Source of the DNA: the human T2T-CHM13v2.0 reference genome, Homo sapiens
DNA length: 64,000 nucleotides
Reading direction: 5' to 3' (one strand)
Assembly (NCBI RefSeq): GCF_009914755.1
Contig: NC_060943.1
Shown in pieces: positions 19,149-40,784 of the stretch. Every line of letters starts with the position of its first letter. Within the stretch, counting starts at the first letter, position 1. Below the pieces are notes generated by a model. The model saw nothing but the letters and a program-made list of their open reading frames with translations, was not told the DNA's origin and did not search any database. Made by a program: the position numbers and the translations under genes.

Positions 19149-20271
19149 CCAGGTCTGACTATAACTTGGTCTGTCTGTGTCTAATGTAATGAGTATTAAT
19201 TACCAAGTGTGACGCTGACACCTCTGGGAGTGGCTGTGTAGCTGGGATGCTGTCTGAGTTTTGTGTGCTTGTGTTATAACATACACACAGTGCTGTGACT
19301 GTCTGTGATGCCGTCTGTGACTTCCATGTGATTGTGTGGTTGTGCATGAATCTGGCACTTCGCGTGTATGAGTCTATAGTTGTGAAAGAGTGGCTGAGAT
19401 TATGCAGCCATGTGACAGATTTTGTGGGATGCCATAGGTGTGACTGTAGAGTCATTCTTCCTTCCTTTCAATCAGCAAGCATTTCCCTAGAGCATGCTTT
19501 GTGCCAGGCCCTGGGCCGGATGCCGGGGACAGATCCATGGTGTCCTATTAGGGATGTCTATGCTTGGCAGTGATGAAATCAGCCATGGTGGTAGCATTTA
19601 CACCATGGAAATTGGCAAACATTACAAAGCTGTCCCCCTCCCAGGACAGCTGGTTGTTAAACAGTTATGAGCACACTGCCGTGCTCATGTATCTGAGTGT
19701 AACTCTTTGTGACCAGGCTGAGGTGTGGCCACCAGTCTGTGGGTGGGATCTGAGTATGTGGGGTGGGGCTGGGCTCTTCATGATGAGTCCCGATGATCAG
19801 TCTCCCGCCCACCCTGTCCGTACTCATGATGAGAGTAGGGAAGTGGATGAAGTTTCCCACCCCCAGCCAAGTCCCTGGAATCCCAAGCCCCACTTTCTTC
19901 TGAATCAAAAGCATAAATACCCACCCCTCACCCCTTCTTCCTGAATATCAGGCAAATCAACTTTACCCCATGTTTGGGGGCCCACAGACCCCAAGTCTCT
20001 GGGTTTTTGTCCTTAGTATTGTCCGTGGCAGGGTCTGCAGTCTACGTGGGTCTTCTGAAGGTGCCTGCTGGGGCTTCATCTCGCCTTGGTGGTGCCCACT
20101 GAGCTCTCCGCCTTTGAGTTTTGGGTTCCCTGGAGTGTCCCCCAAGATCTGTTTCCTGAGTTTTCTTTTTTCTTCCTTTCTTTTTTTTGAGGCACAGTCT
20201 CACTGCGTTTCCCAGGTTGGAGTGCAGTGGTGTGATCTCGGCTCACTGCAACCTCCGCCTCCCGGGTTTAA

Positions 20272-20496
<225 letters not shown>

Positions 20497-20557
20497 TGAG
20501 GCACCCTCTGAGTTCTCCACGTGTCAGACCCATGTCCAATGCACCACGCTCCTTCCT

Positions 20558-21164
<607 letters not shown>

Positions 21165-21409
21165 TGAGTAGCTGGGACTACAGGTGCCCGCCACCGCACC
21201 CAGTTACTTTTTGTAGTTTTAGTAGAGATGGGGTTTTGCCATGTTGCTGAGGCTGGTCTTGAACTCCTGACTTCAGGTGATCCACCCGCCTCGGCCTCCC
21301 AGAGTGCTGGGATTACAGGTGTGAGCCACCACGCCCGGCCTCACATGTCTTACTCCTGCTGTGTGACTCCAGGCCAGTCACCACTAGGCTGTTTGTGTGT
21401 GTGTGTGCA

Positions 21410-21453
<44 letters not shown>

Positions 21454-22189
21454 TAGAGGTGGGGGTCTCACAATGTGGCCCAGGCTGGTCTCGAATTCCT
21501 GTGCTCAACCGATCCTTCAGGCTCCCAAGTGCTGGGATTCCAGTCATGAGCCACCACCCTGCCTAGCCTGTTTGTATGTATTAATTTGCTTTATCCCTGC
21601 TTTGCAGAGGAGGGAAACTGAGGCACAGGGAAGCAAATTAACTTGCTTAGTCTATATCTCAACTCTTTGCATCCCTCTTTTGCAGGTGGGGAAACTGAGG
21701 CATGGAACCGTTAAGTGATTTGCCAAAAGTGTCAAAACTTGGCTGGGTGTGGCGTCTCACCCCTATAATCCCAGCACTTTGGGAGGCTGAGACAGGAAGA
21801 TCCCCTGAGCCCAGGAGTTTGAGTCCAGGAGTTCCAGATGAAGTAACATAGGGAGACCCTGTCTCTACAAAAAACAAAAAAATTAGCTGGGCATGGTGGC
21901 AGGCACCTGTAGTCCCAGCTGCTGGGGAAGCTGAGGTGGGAGGATCGCTTGCACCTGGCAAGTTGAGGGTGCCGTGAGCCGTGATAGCACCACTCCAGCC
22001 TAGTTGACAGAGTAAGACCCTGTCTCAAAAAAAAAAAAAAAAAAATGTCCAAACATGCAAGTTTGCAAAACCAAGAAACCAAAGCGGCACCTCGTACTCG
22101 CTGTGTGCCTCAGTTTCCCTCTCTGTAAAATGCGCATATTAATAGCACCTGCTTGGAATGTAATGAATTAATATGTAGAAAGCGTGTCA

Positions 22190-22843
<654 letters not shown>

Positions 22844-23043
22844 CTAAAGGGCCACCGTGTACACCTCCTGGAATCAACCCCACCCCTTCCGGAGTGACCC
22901 AAACTTCTGCTTCTCAGGCCTGGGGGAGGGGCACCTGTGAGGATTTGGCCAGTTGTGCAAATCATATTGGGCAATTGACCGAGGGGTGGGGGTGGCATGG
23001 GAATCATCACACCTCCTTCCCTGGGGCCAGGACCCTGACTCAC

Positions 23044-23080
23044 CTTGTATCAGCTGCTCCCAGGAGCCTGCAGGTCCGTC
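23044..23080 (-). CDS. TNFSF14: TNFSF14 second coding exon (DGPAGSWEQLIQ)
   Basis: 37 nt, CAG acceptor, GTGAGT donor, phase fits neighbours. Confidence 0.97.
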
Positions 23081-23271
23081 CTGAAAATGCAGAAGGGGCC
23101 TGCGGTAAGAACCTGCAGCGGGGGCCACGCCCTCGCATTGCTCACACATGGCTATGAGACATGAGGACCATAGCCACCGACACCACCCTCAGACACGTAC
23201 ACAGGGCCACATACTCTCACTTGCAGACACACACCCCCTGTCCAGAGGCCTCACAACCACTTGGTGCCTCA

Positions 23272-23658
<387 letters not shown>

Positions 23659-24953
23659 CTATCTCAAAAAATAAATAAATAAATAAAAGGGTTTAATAAA
23701 TAAATAACATTGCCCAGAGCAGTGGCTTACACCTGTAATCCCAGCACTTTGGGAGGCCAAAGTGGGAGGACAGCTTGAGGCCAGGAGTTTAAGACCAGCC
23801 TGGGCAACACAACAAGACCTCATCTCTACAAAAAATTTTTAAGATTAGCCAGGCATGGTGGTGCATGCCTGTAGTCCCAGCTACTCATGAAGCTGGGACA
23901 GGAGGCTTGCTTGAGCCCAGGAGTTCAAGGCTGCAGTGAGCTATGATCGTGCCACTCCACTCTAGCCTGGGAAGCAGAGTGAGACACAGTCTCTAAGATA
24001 AATAAATATGTAATTAATTAAATAAATAAGTAATATTTAAAAATACAGGGACAAGGCCAGGCGTGGTGGCTCACACCTGTAATCCCAGCACTTTGGGAGG
24101 CTGAGGCAGGTGGATCACTTGAGGTCAGGAGTTCGAGACAAGTCTGGCCAACATGGTGAAACCCCGTCTGTACTAAAAATACACAAATTAGCCAGGCACG
24201 GTGGCGGATGCCTGTGATCCCAGCTACTGCTCAGGAGGCTGAGACAAGGGAATCACTTGAACCTAGGAGGTGGGGTTGTAGTGAGCCAAGACTGCACCAC
24301 TACACTACAGCCTGGGCTATGGGAGAGAAACCTTGTCTCAAAAAAAAAAAAATGCAGACAGCGAGATGGCTGGACACATGGACACCACCCTTGGGATATA
24401 GCACCTGCCACAGGGCACAGACCTCAACATCATCATGACGCTGAGAAGACACATGTGGGCTCAGATGCGTGGACATGTGGTTTGTGGTTTATGGATCCAT
24501 GTGCGTCTACAGACACAGAGACCCAGAGACAAAGACAGACAACGTGAATACACCGGCTGCAGCTAGGCGGGTGTGTGGACATGTGGGTACACGCACATAC
24601 GTCCACATGGGTATATGGACACGAATGTGTGGCCACCGGATCCAGACCCAGGACACAAAAGGGGCCAAGCCCACAGGGGTATGGTGTTGGGCACACATAG
24701 ACCCCCAGGTGAGGCACACAGACAGGCGGACACATCCACAGCCAGCTGGAAGCAGACCGAGAAATTTCCACAGATGGAAATGGTCAGAGAATTAATGACA
24801 ATCGCAGTAACAGTAATAAGAGTACCAGAGAAGGCCAGGCGCAGTGGCTCACACCTGTAATCCCAGCACTTTGGGAGGCTGAGGCGGGTGGATCTCCTGA
24901 GGTCGGGAGTTTGAGACCAGCCTGACAAACATAGAGAAGCCCCATCTCTACTA

Positions 24954-25112
<159 letters not shown>

Positions 25113-25366
25113 TCAAAAATAAAAAAGTACAGAGAAAATGCATGCGTGTGTGCACAGGGGTGTGCATGGCAGTGTTGGGGTGTCAGTTCCGACGGGTGGA
25201 GCTGGCATCGTCTGGTACTACACATGCCATAGCATACTTCGTCCCCTATGAAGAGACTGCCCTTATTTTGTAGATGAAGACACTGAGGTTCAGAGAGGTG
25301 AATTCACTTGCCCAAGGCTGGGAGCAGCAACCAGTCAAGCCAGCTGCTCTCAGCCTGTGCCCTGTC

Positions 25367-25408
<42 letters not shown>

Positions 25409-25479
25409 ACAGTGACCCACAATGACACAGGGGAGCCCCCCTCACCTCCACCTGCTCTCAGCCCCCCGGTCCCACTCAC

Positions 25480-25698
25480 AGGCAGGCGGGTGACCATCTC
25501 TCCTAGACGCCAGTGCAGCTGCAGGAGGAACCAGCCTTGGACGGCCAGCCCGGCCCCCATCAGCAACAGCAAGAGACCCAGACCCACCCGGGCCACACTG
25601 CACGACTGTCTCCGGTGGCTTCGTCCCAGCCTCGTGAATGGGATGTCGGTCTGTCCATCCACCACAAACACTGAGGGCCGTACGACACTCTCCTCCAT
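25480..25698 (-). CDS. TNFSF14: TNFSF14 (LIGHT) first coding exon, aa 1-73 (cytoplasmic tail + TM)
   Basis: [21 protein letters not shown]...[34 protein letters not shown]; ATG at 25698-25696; donor GTGAGT at 25479-25474; 219 nt. Confidence 0.98.
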
Positions 25699-25744
25699 GC
25701 CCAAGGTGTCTGGAGCAGGGCTGACACGCCTGGGTCCTTCAACC

Positions 25745-26537
<793 letters not shown>

Positions 26538-26544
26538 TAAAGGA

Positions 26545-26965
26545 GTGGATGTGTGCTCTGTGTGTGTGCTTGTCTGCATGCATATATGTGTGCAGTGTGT
26601 GCATGTGAATGTGTGTATTCAGTTGTGTGCATGCAAGTGTGTATCATGTACACATGTGCAGGCGCATGCCTGTGTATCATACATGTGCTGGCATGTAAAT
26701 GTGCGTGCATATGTGGGCAGGTGCATGCATATGTGTATGGTCATCTGTGTGCATGTGCACGTGGTCCATGTACATGCATGCATGTGCACGTGTGTGTATG
26801 TGTGAACATGCATCACATGTGCACGTGGGTGTGCATATATGTGCTGTGTGCAGGTGTGTGCATGTGTGTGTGCCTGTGCATTGGTGCGTGTATGTGTGTG
26901 TGCGCACTTGCACGGGTGTGTTCATGTGTGTGGGGAGGTCCATGTATGAGTGTGCATGCATTCAA
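26545..26965. repeat. TG/TGCA-rich low-complexity tract upstream of TNFSF14
   Basis: Near-continuous purine-pyrimidine alternation. Confidence 0.85.
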
Positions 26966-27207
26966 GCGTGGATTTTTTTTTTTTTCGAGACGGAGTCTCG
27001 CTCTGTCGCCCAGGCTGGAGTGCAGTGGTGCGATCTCGGCTCACTGCAAGCTCCGCCTCCCAGGTTCACGCCATTCTCCTGCCTCAGCCTCCTGAGTAGC
27101 TGGGACTACAGGCGCCCACCACCGCACCCAGCTAATTTTTTGTATTTTTAGTAGAGACGGGGTTTCACCGTGTTAGCCAGGATGGTCTCAATCTCCTGAC
27201 CTCGTGA

Positions 27208-27471
<264 letters not shown>

Positions 27472-27917
27472 TAACATATATGTTGTCTATATGTTGGCCA
27501 GGCTGGTCTCGAACTCCTGACCTCAGGTGATCTGCCCACCTCAGCCTCCCAAAATGCTAGAATTACAGGCGTGAGCCACTGCACTTGGCTTCTGTCTTGT
27601 TTCATAAGTATCTTTGTAATATCCTTGATTTTACCTCTTGGCCCTGAAAGCCAAAAACACTTATGTGGCCCTTTATAGATACAGTTTGCTGCCAGCTTGC
27701 CCCTGAGCTTAGGCTAAGACACGAAGTGCCCTTCACTGGGGCCTCTGTGGTTGGACCCTCGTGCTTTTGCTCACTCTGCCCCAGACAGATATCCTGGGTC
27801 TTTGCACTTCCTCTTCCTGCTGCTGGGAACCATCTTCCCTAGATCTCCAAAGCAGGCTCCCCCTGCTCATCTGCGTCTTGACTCAAGAAACTTCTCACAG
27901 GAGCCCTCCCTGAATTG

Positions 27918-29306
<1,389 letters not shown>

Positions 29307-29800
29307 TGCCACTCAATCTAAGTGATCTTCTTAACCGCTGGACCCACTGCATGGGTGAACTTTTCTTTTTGGACATCCTCACCATCCAAAATCCATTCCA
29401 CACTGTCTTCTTTTTGGGGGAGCCGGTGTGGGGGATGGAGTCTCGCTTTGTTGTCCAGGCTGTAGTGCAGTGGCCCGATCTCAGCTCACTGCAACCCTCC
29501 GCCTCCCGGGTTCATGCGATTCTCCTGCCTCAGCCTCCCGAATAGCTGGGATTAGAGGTGCCCGCCACCACGCCTGGCTACTTTTTTGTATTTTTAGTAG
29601 AGATGAGGTTTCTCCATGTTGGCCAGGCTGGTCTCAAACTCCTGACCTCAAATGATCTGCCCACCTCGGCCTCCCAAAGTGCTGGGCTTACAGGCGTGAG
29701 CCACCACGCCTGGCCCCATGCTGTTTTCATGAGTCCTATCCTGCTCCCCCTTTTAGAATGTAAGTTTCATAAGATCCTATCTGCACCGTTCACAGCCTCA

Positions 29801-30277
<477 letters not shown>

Positions 30278-30969
30278 TCAGCCGGGATAGCCAGTGAGTT
30301 GCAAGGCATTTGACAGGAGGCTTTGTCATTTAGGAGCTGGATGGAGTAGGGTAGACTGTGAATCTATTTCGCCCATACCCCTGGAGTTGTGGGGTGTCTT
30401 AGGAAAAGAGGCTGTGGAGGCGTGACTTTCAGCCTCAGTGGGTGTTTCGTGATGATGTGGTGCAGAGCTGGGAGGCTGCATCCCACCCTCCATACAGACA
30501 CCTTCCCAGTCCCCAAAGGACCAGAGGTGCAGTGAGAGGAGGTGCTCAGGGCCCCAGTCCCCTTTAGCAACAGCGCCCCTGCTCTCCAAACCCAAGGCTG
30601 CTGCTCCCCAAGCAGCGCTGTCACCAGAAAGCACTTTGTGTGCCGTGACCACAAAGCCCCCGCACTCCCTCCCTAACTGCTGACTCATGTCTTCCCCTCC
30701 CTGGGGCTCCAGCCGGAAACACTGCCCTGCCTGCCAGCCCCTACTGCCTCCTCTCGGGTTCAGTCACCAGACACAGCTCACCCCAAAGCATGGATTCTTG
30801 GCTCAGGCCCATCTAGAAACGGGGTCTGGGAGAGTGAGGTGAGGCTGCGGGAGGGCAGAAGGGATGCAAATGAGGACAGGTAAGGATGCAGGTGAGAGGG
30901 CAGAGCAGGTCTGCAGGTTGATGGTGATGGCGAATCTACAAGGACAGATGCCAGGGGAGGTGCAGGTAA

Positions 30970-32004
<1,035 letters not shown>

Positions 32005-32748
32005 GTAAGAAGATAGGTAAATCTGCAGGTGAGAATGTAGGTGAGAATGTGGGCAAGAACACAAGAAAATACCTAGAAAAGCATGCAGGTAAAGATGCAG
32101 GTGAGGACCCAGATGAAGATGCAGAGAAAATACACTCACCGGAGAGGATGTAGGTGGAAAAAGGTGAGAATATAGGTAACAATGCTGTTAAGGTAAAGAT
32201 ACAGGTAAGCTTAAGATAGAGATGTAGGTGTTGGGGCCAGGTGAGGATGCTAAAAAACAAAAACAAAAAACCCTGGCGGGGCACGGAGGCTCACGCCTGC
32301 AATCCCAGCACTTTGGGAGGCCGAGGCGGGCAGATCACCTGAGGTCAGGAGTTCGAGACCGGTCTGGCCGACATGGTGAAACCCCGTCTCTAATAAAAAT
32401 ACAAAAATTAGCCAGGTGTGGTGGCCGTGTGCCTGTAACCACAGCTACTCGGGAGGCTGAGGCAGGAGAATCGCTTGAACCCAGGAGGAGGGGTCACAGT
32501 GAGCCGAGATCGCGCCATTGCACTCCAGCCTGGGCGACAAGAGTGAAACTCCATCTCAAAAAAAAAAAAAAAAAAAAAAAAACAGAAAAACCCACAAAAA
32601 CAAAACAACAACAACAAAAACCCATACATGGATTCAGCTGAGGGTGCAGAGGAGTGAGCAGGTAAAGATTCAGATGAAAATATTGGTAACATTGGGAGCA
32701 GGGAGAACATTAGGGAAAAGACCTAATGCATCCTGGACGTAATAACTA

Positions 32749-32931
<183 letters not shown>

Positions 32932-32934
32932 TCA

Positions 32935-33183
<249 letters not shown>

Positions 33184-33481
33184 TTGGTAAGATTAACAGG
33201 TGAGGATGCCGGTAAGTGAAGAGGTGAAGGGGCTGTGAGCTGCCGGTGAGTGTGCAGGTGAAATGGAGGTGAGGCGCAGGTGCATGCCACGTGCAGGTGA
33301 GGCAGGTCCATGCTCCTTGGCTAAAGAAGTCAGCACACTAGCAGGCGAACGCCAGGAGAAAATGCGGTGGGAACAGGTGAGGTTTCAAGTAGGATGGAGC
33401 TGAGCTGCAGGTGAGGCGGCTGGGGATTTCAGCCTCTCCCTCTTGGCAAAGAACTCCAGACACGTGAGATATAACTGAAGC

Positions 33482-33487
33482 TTTATC
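33482..33487 (-). terminator. C3 variant poly(A) signal GATAAA
   Basis: GATAAA 25 nt after the stop; no AATAAA nearby on the minus strand; expected cleavage ~33466. Confidence 0.7.
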
Positions 33488-33511
33488 TGGAGTGGGGGAA
33501 TGGGGGTGTGG

Positions 33512-33673
<162 letters not shown>

Positions 33674-33781
33674 TCAGGAAGGGGCGTGGTGTGGGCGTGG
33701 CGCAGGGGCGTGACAATGGTGTGGGCGTGGCATGGGCGGGGCAGTCGGGCGGTCGCGCGCACGCGCAGGGAAAGCACTCAC

Positions 33782-33917
33782 TTGGGCTTCTCTCCCCAGA
33801 AATCGGAGGAGAGACCCCACATGAGGTAGTGTTTCTTCTCCTCCAGCTTCAGGGCTTCTCTGCACTTGATGGGGCTGATGAACGTGCGCTGCTGTCCAAC
33901 CTGCACCTCATCCGAGC
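33782..33917 (-). CDS. C3: C3 exon 40
   Basis: [44 protein letters not shown]; 136 nt, AG/GT. Confidence 0.97.
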
Positions 33918-34001
33918 CTGGAGTGGAGGGGAGAGGGAAGAAGCTGAGTCGTGGGGAGGAAGCCAGGGAAGAGCCACGGGAGGCAGCGTGCTGAGCCTGA
34001 C

Positions 34002-34085
34002 CTGACTTGATGGTCTGCTCAATGGCCATGATGTACTCGTCAAAGTCATTGGACAGCTGAACCTTGACCAGTCGGGTCTTGTACA
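34002..34085 (-). CDS. C3: C3 exon 39
   Basis: [27 protein letters not shown]; 84 nt. Confidence 0.97.
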
Positions 34086-34689
34086 CTGTGGGGGAGAGGC
34101 AGACAGTTTGGGTGGTGGGCTAGGTTGACCATGAGGGGCACCCTGGTTTGCAAGTGCACCCGGGCATGTGGCTCTCTCTCCCAAGCAGAAAGTTGCAGAA
34201 TCACAGCCAGTCACACTATGGCCCACCCCTCATTACACACACAACCATAGAGGGTCCCATGTCACCATCCACACACAGTCGTGCTCATAGGCATGCACAG
34301 AGGTCACAGCCACCCACAATGTCTAGTAACATACTATTCATACTATGCAATGAGAGTGACTCATATGCACAGAATACTGTAGCCTCATGGCCATGCACAC
34401 AACCATAGCCACGGAAAACTACAGTCATATACGTAACTTCAGGACCTCACACTCACTGCCATCTACAACCACACAGCCTCACACAACCACAGCCACACAC
34501 AACTACAACCTCACAGCCACCCACGCAATGATGCATACAACCACATCTACCTTTTCTCACATGAGCATACCTAGGCCACTCACAGTCATGGTTCCCCACA
34601 CAATCATGGCCCCTCACAATACATGCTCTCACACACACCACAGTCACCCACACCCACAGCCTGAAGCCACACCATGACAACCACACCTA

Positions 34690-34863
<174 letters not shown>

Positions 34864-35004
34864 CTAAGTCCCACTCCTTATCTGGGGCCTACTGCCCATG
34901 GGTGTGGCCAGCCCTGGGAGCCTACCCCCCTTGGTATCCCCTGGGTATGGGTCTGGGGGTCCCTGACCATGGGATAGACGACCTGGGTAAGTGTGGCTTG
35001 CTCA

Positions 35005-35208
<204 letters not shown>

Positions 35209-35787
35209 TCAGTCTTCAGACCTGGAGATGCTAGGTCTTCAACCCCTCAGATCCCTCAGACCCCAAGACCCCCTCTACTTTCTGATCTTTGGGATTCTCA
35301 GACCCTTGAGTCTCTTAGACTCTCAACTCACAGAAGCCTGGGACCCTCAGACCCCAAATTCATAGATTCCTGGGACACGCAGGCCTCCAACCCTCATATA
35401 TCTAGAATCCTTAGACCCTTATTTTCAGAACCCCCTGCAACTCACATATTCCTAAGACCCTGAGACCCCTGAACCCATCAGACCCCCAAGTCTCAGATCC
35501 CTAGAACCAACTCATAGATCCTTGGGACTCTCAGACCCTGGGACCTTCAGATTACTAATCCTGAAATCCCTGGCCTGCTTAGACCATCATTCTCAGATCC
35601 CCTCAGAACCTCAGAACCTCAACTCATAGATCCTTGGGACCCTCAGACCCGTGGGACCTTCATACTACGAATGCTCAAATCCCTGGACTCCTTAGACCTT
35701 CATTCTCAGATCCCCACAATTCATATATACCTGGGACTCTCAGGCCCCTGGAACCATCAGACCCCAGGCCCTAGGTTGGCTGCTCAC

Positions 35788-35893
35788 CCAGGTTGTAATA
35801 GGCGTAGACCTTGACTGCTCCAGGCTGGATAAGCTCTACATTAAAGTATTGGTGAACTTTGAAAGCTAGACAGTCATCCTCAGAGTGTGAGAC
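35788..35893 (-). CDS. C3: C3 exon 36
   Basis: [35 protein letters not shown]; 106 nt. Confidence 0.97.
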
Positions 35894-37574
35894 CTGAGGG
35901 GGAAGGAGGAGCTTGGTCAGTGGGGTGATGTGGGAGGGAGTCCAGCATTGTCTTGGGAGCTGAGGCAGTGGTGGAGAAACTGAAGGATCAAGGAGGAAGT
36001 GGCAAAGATGAATGAGCAATTCAGCAAATCCATTTACTTTTCTTCCTAGACTCACAGTGAGACTACCTTTCTCAGCTCCTCTTTCAATTAGGTGTGGCCA
36101 GGTGGCTGAACAGATTGCTATCTATGCCCATAAAAACAACCCATGCACAATCTTATTTCCATCTAGAATGAATGAATCCTGCAGAGAACTACAGAAGATC
36201 CTAAGGATTGCAGAGCCACAGGATGGAAGGTGCTTGGATCCCTGAGAGACTACATGGAGCAGAGGGACCCTTCCTTACCCCCCATGCCAACTGGACTTTA
36301 CATGAGTGAGAAATACAAGTCTGTTGTGTTAAGACCCCATATTCTTAGGGGTTTTGTTTTAGTAGCTATTGTTACTTAAGCTGACTAAAATGGGATTGAG
36401 GGGCCCTGTGGGTATCAGGAGTTAGCAGGGAGGATATGGGGATAGGAGAATGGGAAGAAATAAGAGAAGGGAGAGGAGAAAGCCCAAATCATGGTAGAGA
36501 TGAAAGAGTCAGAGAATGCCAGATGGAGAGAAAATAACAGAAGAGGGGGCAGGTGCGGTGGCTCATGCTTGGAATCCCAGCCCTTTGGGAGGCTGAGGCA
36601 GGAAGATCGCTTGAGGCCAGTAGTTTGAGACCAACTTGAGCAACATATCAAGACCCCCATCTCTACAAAAAATAAAACAATCAGCTGGGTACTTACACAG
36701 AATATTTATGAAGAAACAAGAACAAAAATTCAGCTGGGGCCAGGCACCAGGGGCTTATGCCTGTAATCTCAGCACTTTAGGAGGCTGAGGTGGGAGAATC
36801 ACTTGAGCTCAGGAGTTTAAGACCAGCCTAGGCAGTACAGTGGGACCCCATATCTACAAACTTTTTTTTTTTTTAATTCACTGGGCATGGTGGCATGCAC
36901 CTGTAATCACAGCTACTCAGGAAGCAGAGGTGGGAGGATCATGTAAGCCTGGGAGGTCAAGGCTGCAGTTAAAAAAAAAAAAAAAAAAAAAAAAGCTGGG
37001 TACAAAAGCATAATATTTATGAAAAAAAAATTAGCTGGGTGCAGTGTCGCAGGCCTGCAGTTCCAGCTCCTCAGGTGGCTGAGGCAGGAGGATCCCTTGA
37101 GCCCAGGAATTTGACTTTGCAGTGAGCTAGTATCAAGACACTGTACTCCAGTCTGGGTGACAGAGCAAGACCCTGTCTCCTGAAAGAAAGAAAACAACAG
37201 AAGAGAGAAATAGATCAAAGAAAGAAACAAAGCCCAGGATTGGGTTAGGGAATGAGGCAAGACCTTGCTCTCTACAAAGCACTTAAAAAAAAACCCAAAA
37301 AAACCAAAAGGGCTTTTTTTCAATGGTTGTTTAAGACTCTGATAACAAGTTGGAGGAGGCAAATGGTCAGAAGATGAGATGTTTATAGAAGATGCTGGGT
37401 TGACCCCCTTATTTTACAAGCTCCTTCCCCTACAACTCAGCAGCACAGACCCTGTCTCCTCTGGCCCAGGGTTAGTCTGACCCAGAGACAAAAGCTGAAA
37501 GGAAAAGAAAGACCAGCCAGATAGAGGTCAGGGTGCCCCTGGAAGCCTCCCAGGGGAGGATGATGCAGCCTTAC

Positions 37575-37664
37575 CTTGTCCAGGTAGATGATGAGGGTGT
37601 TCCTATCGGAGAAGGCTTTGTCCAGCTCATACTTGGAGATGTATCTGTCAACACCATTGGCCAG
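37575..37664 (-). CDS. C3: C3 exon 35
   Basis: [30 protein letters not shown]; 90 nt. Confidence 0.97.
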
Positions 37665-37775
37665 CTGGGGAAAGGTGGAGCCTGTGAAAAATCCCTCCTG
37701 GACCCCTCTCTCCCTGCAGCCTCTTCCAGAACCCAGGCTCCTTTCCACTTATCCCAGCTCCTGAGCCCTTCATAC

Positions 37776-37863
37776 CTGCTTCAGGTCATCTGTGTCTGGA
37801 GCAAAGCCAGTCATCATGGATATGTCCAATATAGACATAGTGGCATCCTGGTCTCCCCGGTAC
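37776..37863 (-). CDS. C3: C3 exon 34 (RGD motif)
   Basis: [29 protein letters not shown]; 88 nt. Confidence 0.97.
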
Positions 37864-38169
37864 CTGGATAGTGCAGAAAGAAGGGCATTGGGTCCCAAGG
37901 AGGGGTCAGCCCCAAGGGTCTGTTCCTGGACAAGGAGGTCTGATCAGGCACTGAGACTTCTGATTCCCACATAGCAGCACAGAGGGGCGTTACATTTTTT
38001 AGGAAACATTTCCCCAAAGGAAATAAAAAGCAAGGTAATGTAATGGTCAAGGTGATTAAGAGCTCAGACTCTGCACCCAACTGCATGGATTCAAATTCCA
38101 GCTCTAAATAACATTGGATGCATTATTTGACCCTCCATGCTTCAGTTCTAGAAAACAAAGGCAAGAATA

Positions 38170-39878
<1,709 letters not shown>

Positions 39879-40024
39879 TGTTGTCTACCTCATGGTGGAT
39901 ACTTAGAACAGTATCAGATACACAGTGTACTTGGAAAGTACTGAATATCATGGATATTATTTGCAAGAATTCTTGCTAGAGATAGAGGGATGGCCAAGAT
40001 GAACCCCGGTGACCTAGCTTCTTA

Positions 40025-40784
<760 letters not shown>

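Noticed and set aside
25699-25704. ORF-track start MG upstream of MEESVV
   Set aside because: The codon at 25704 is TTG; the ATG at 25698 gives the known 240-aa protein
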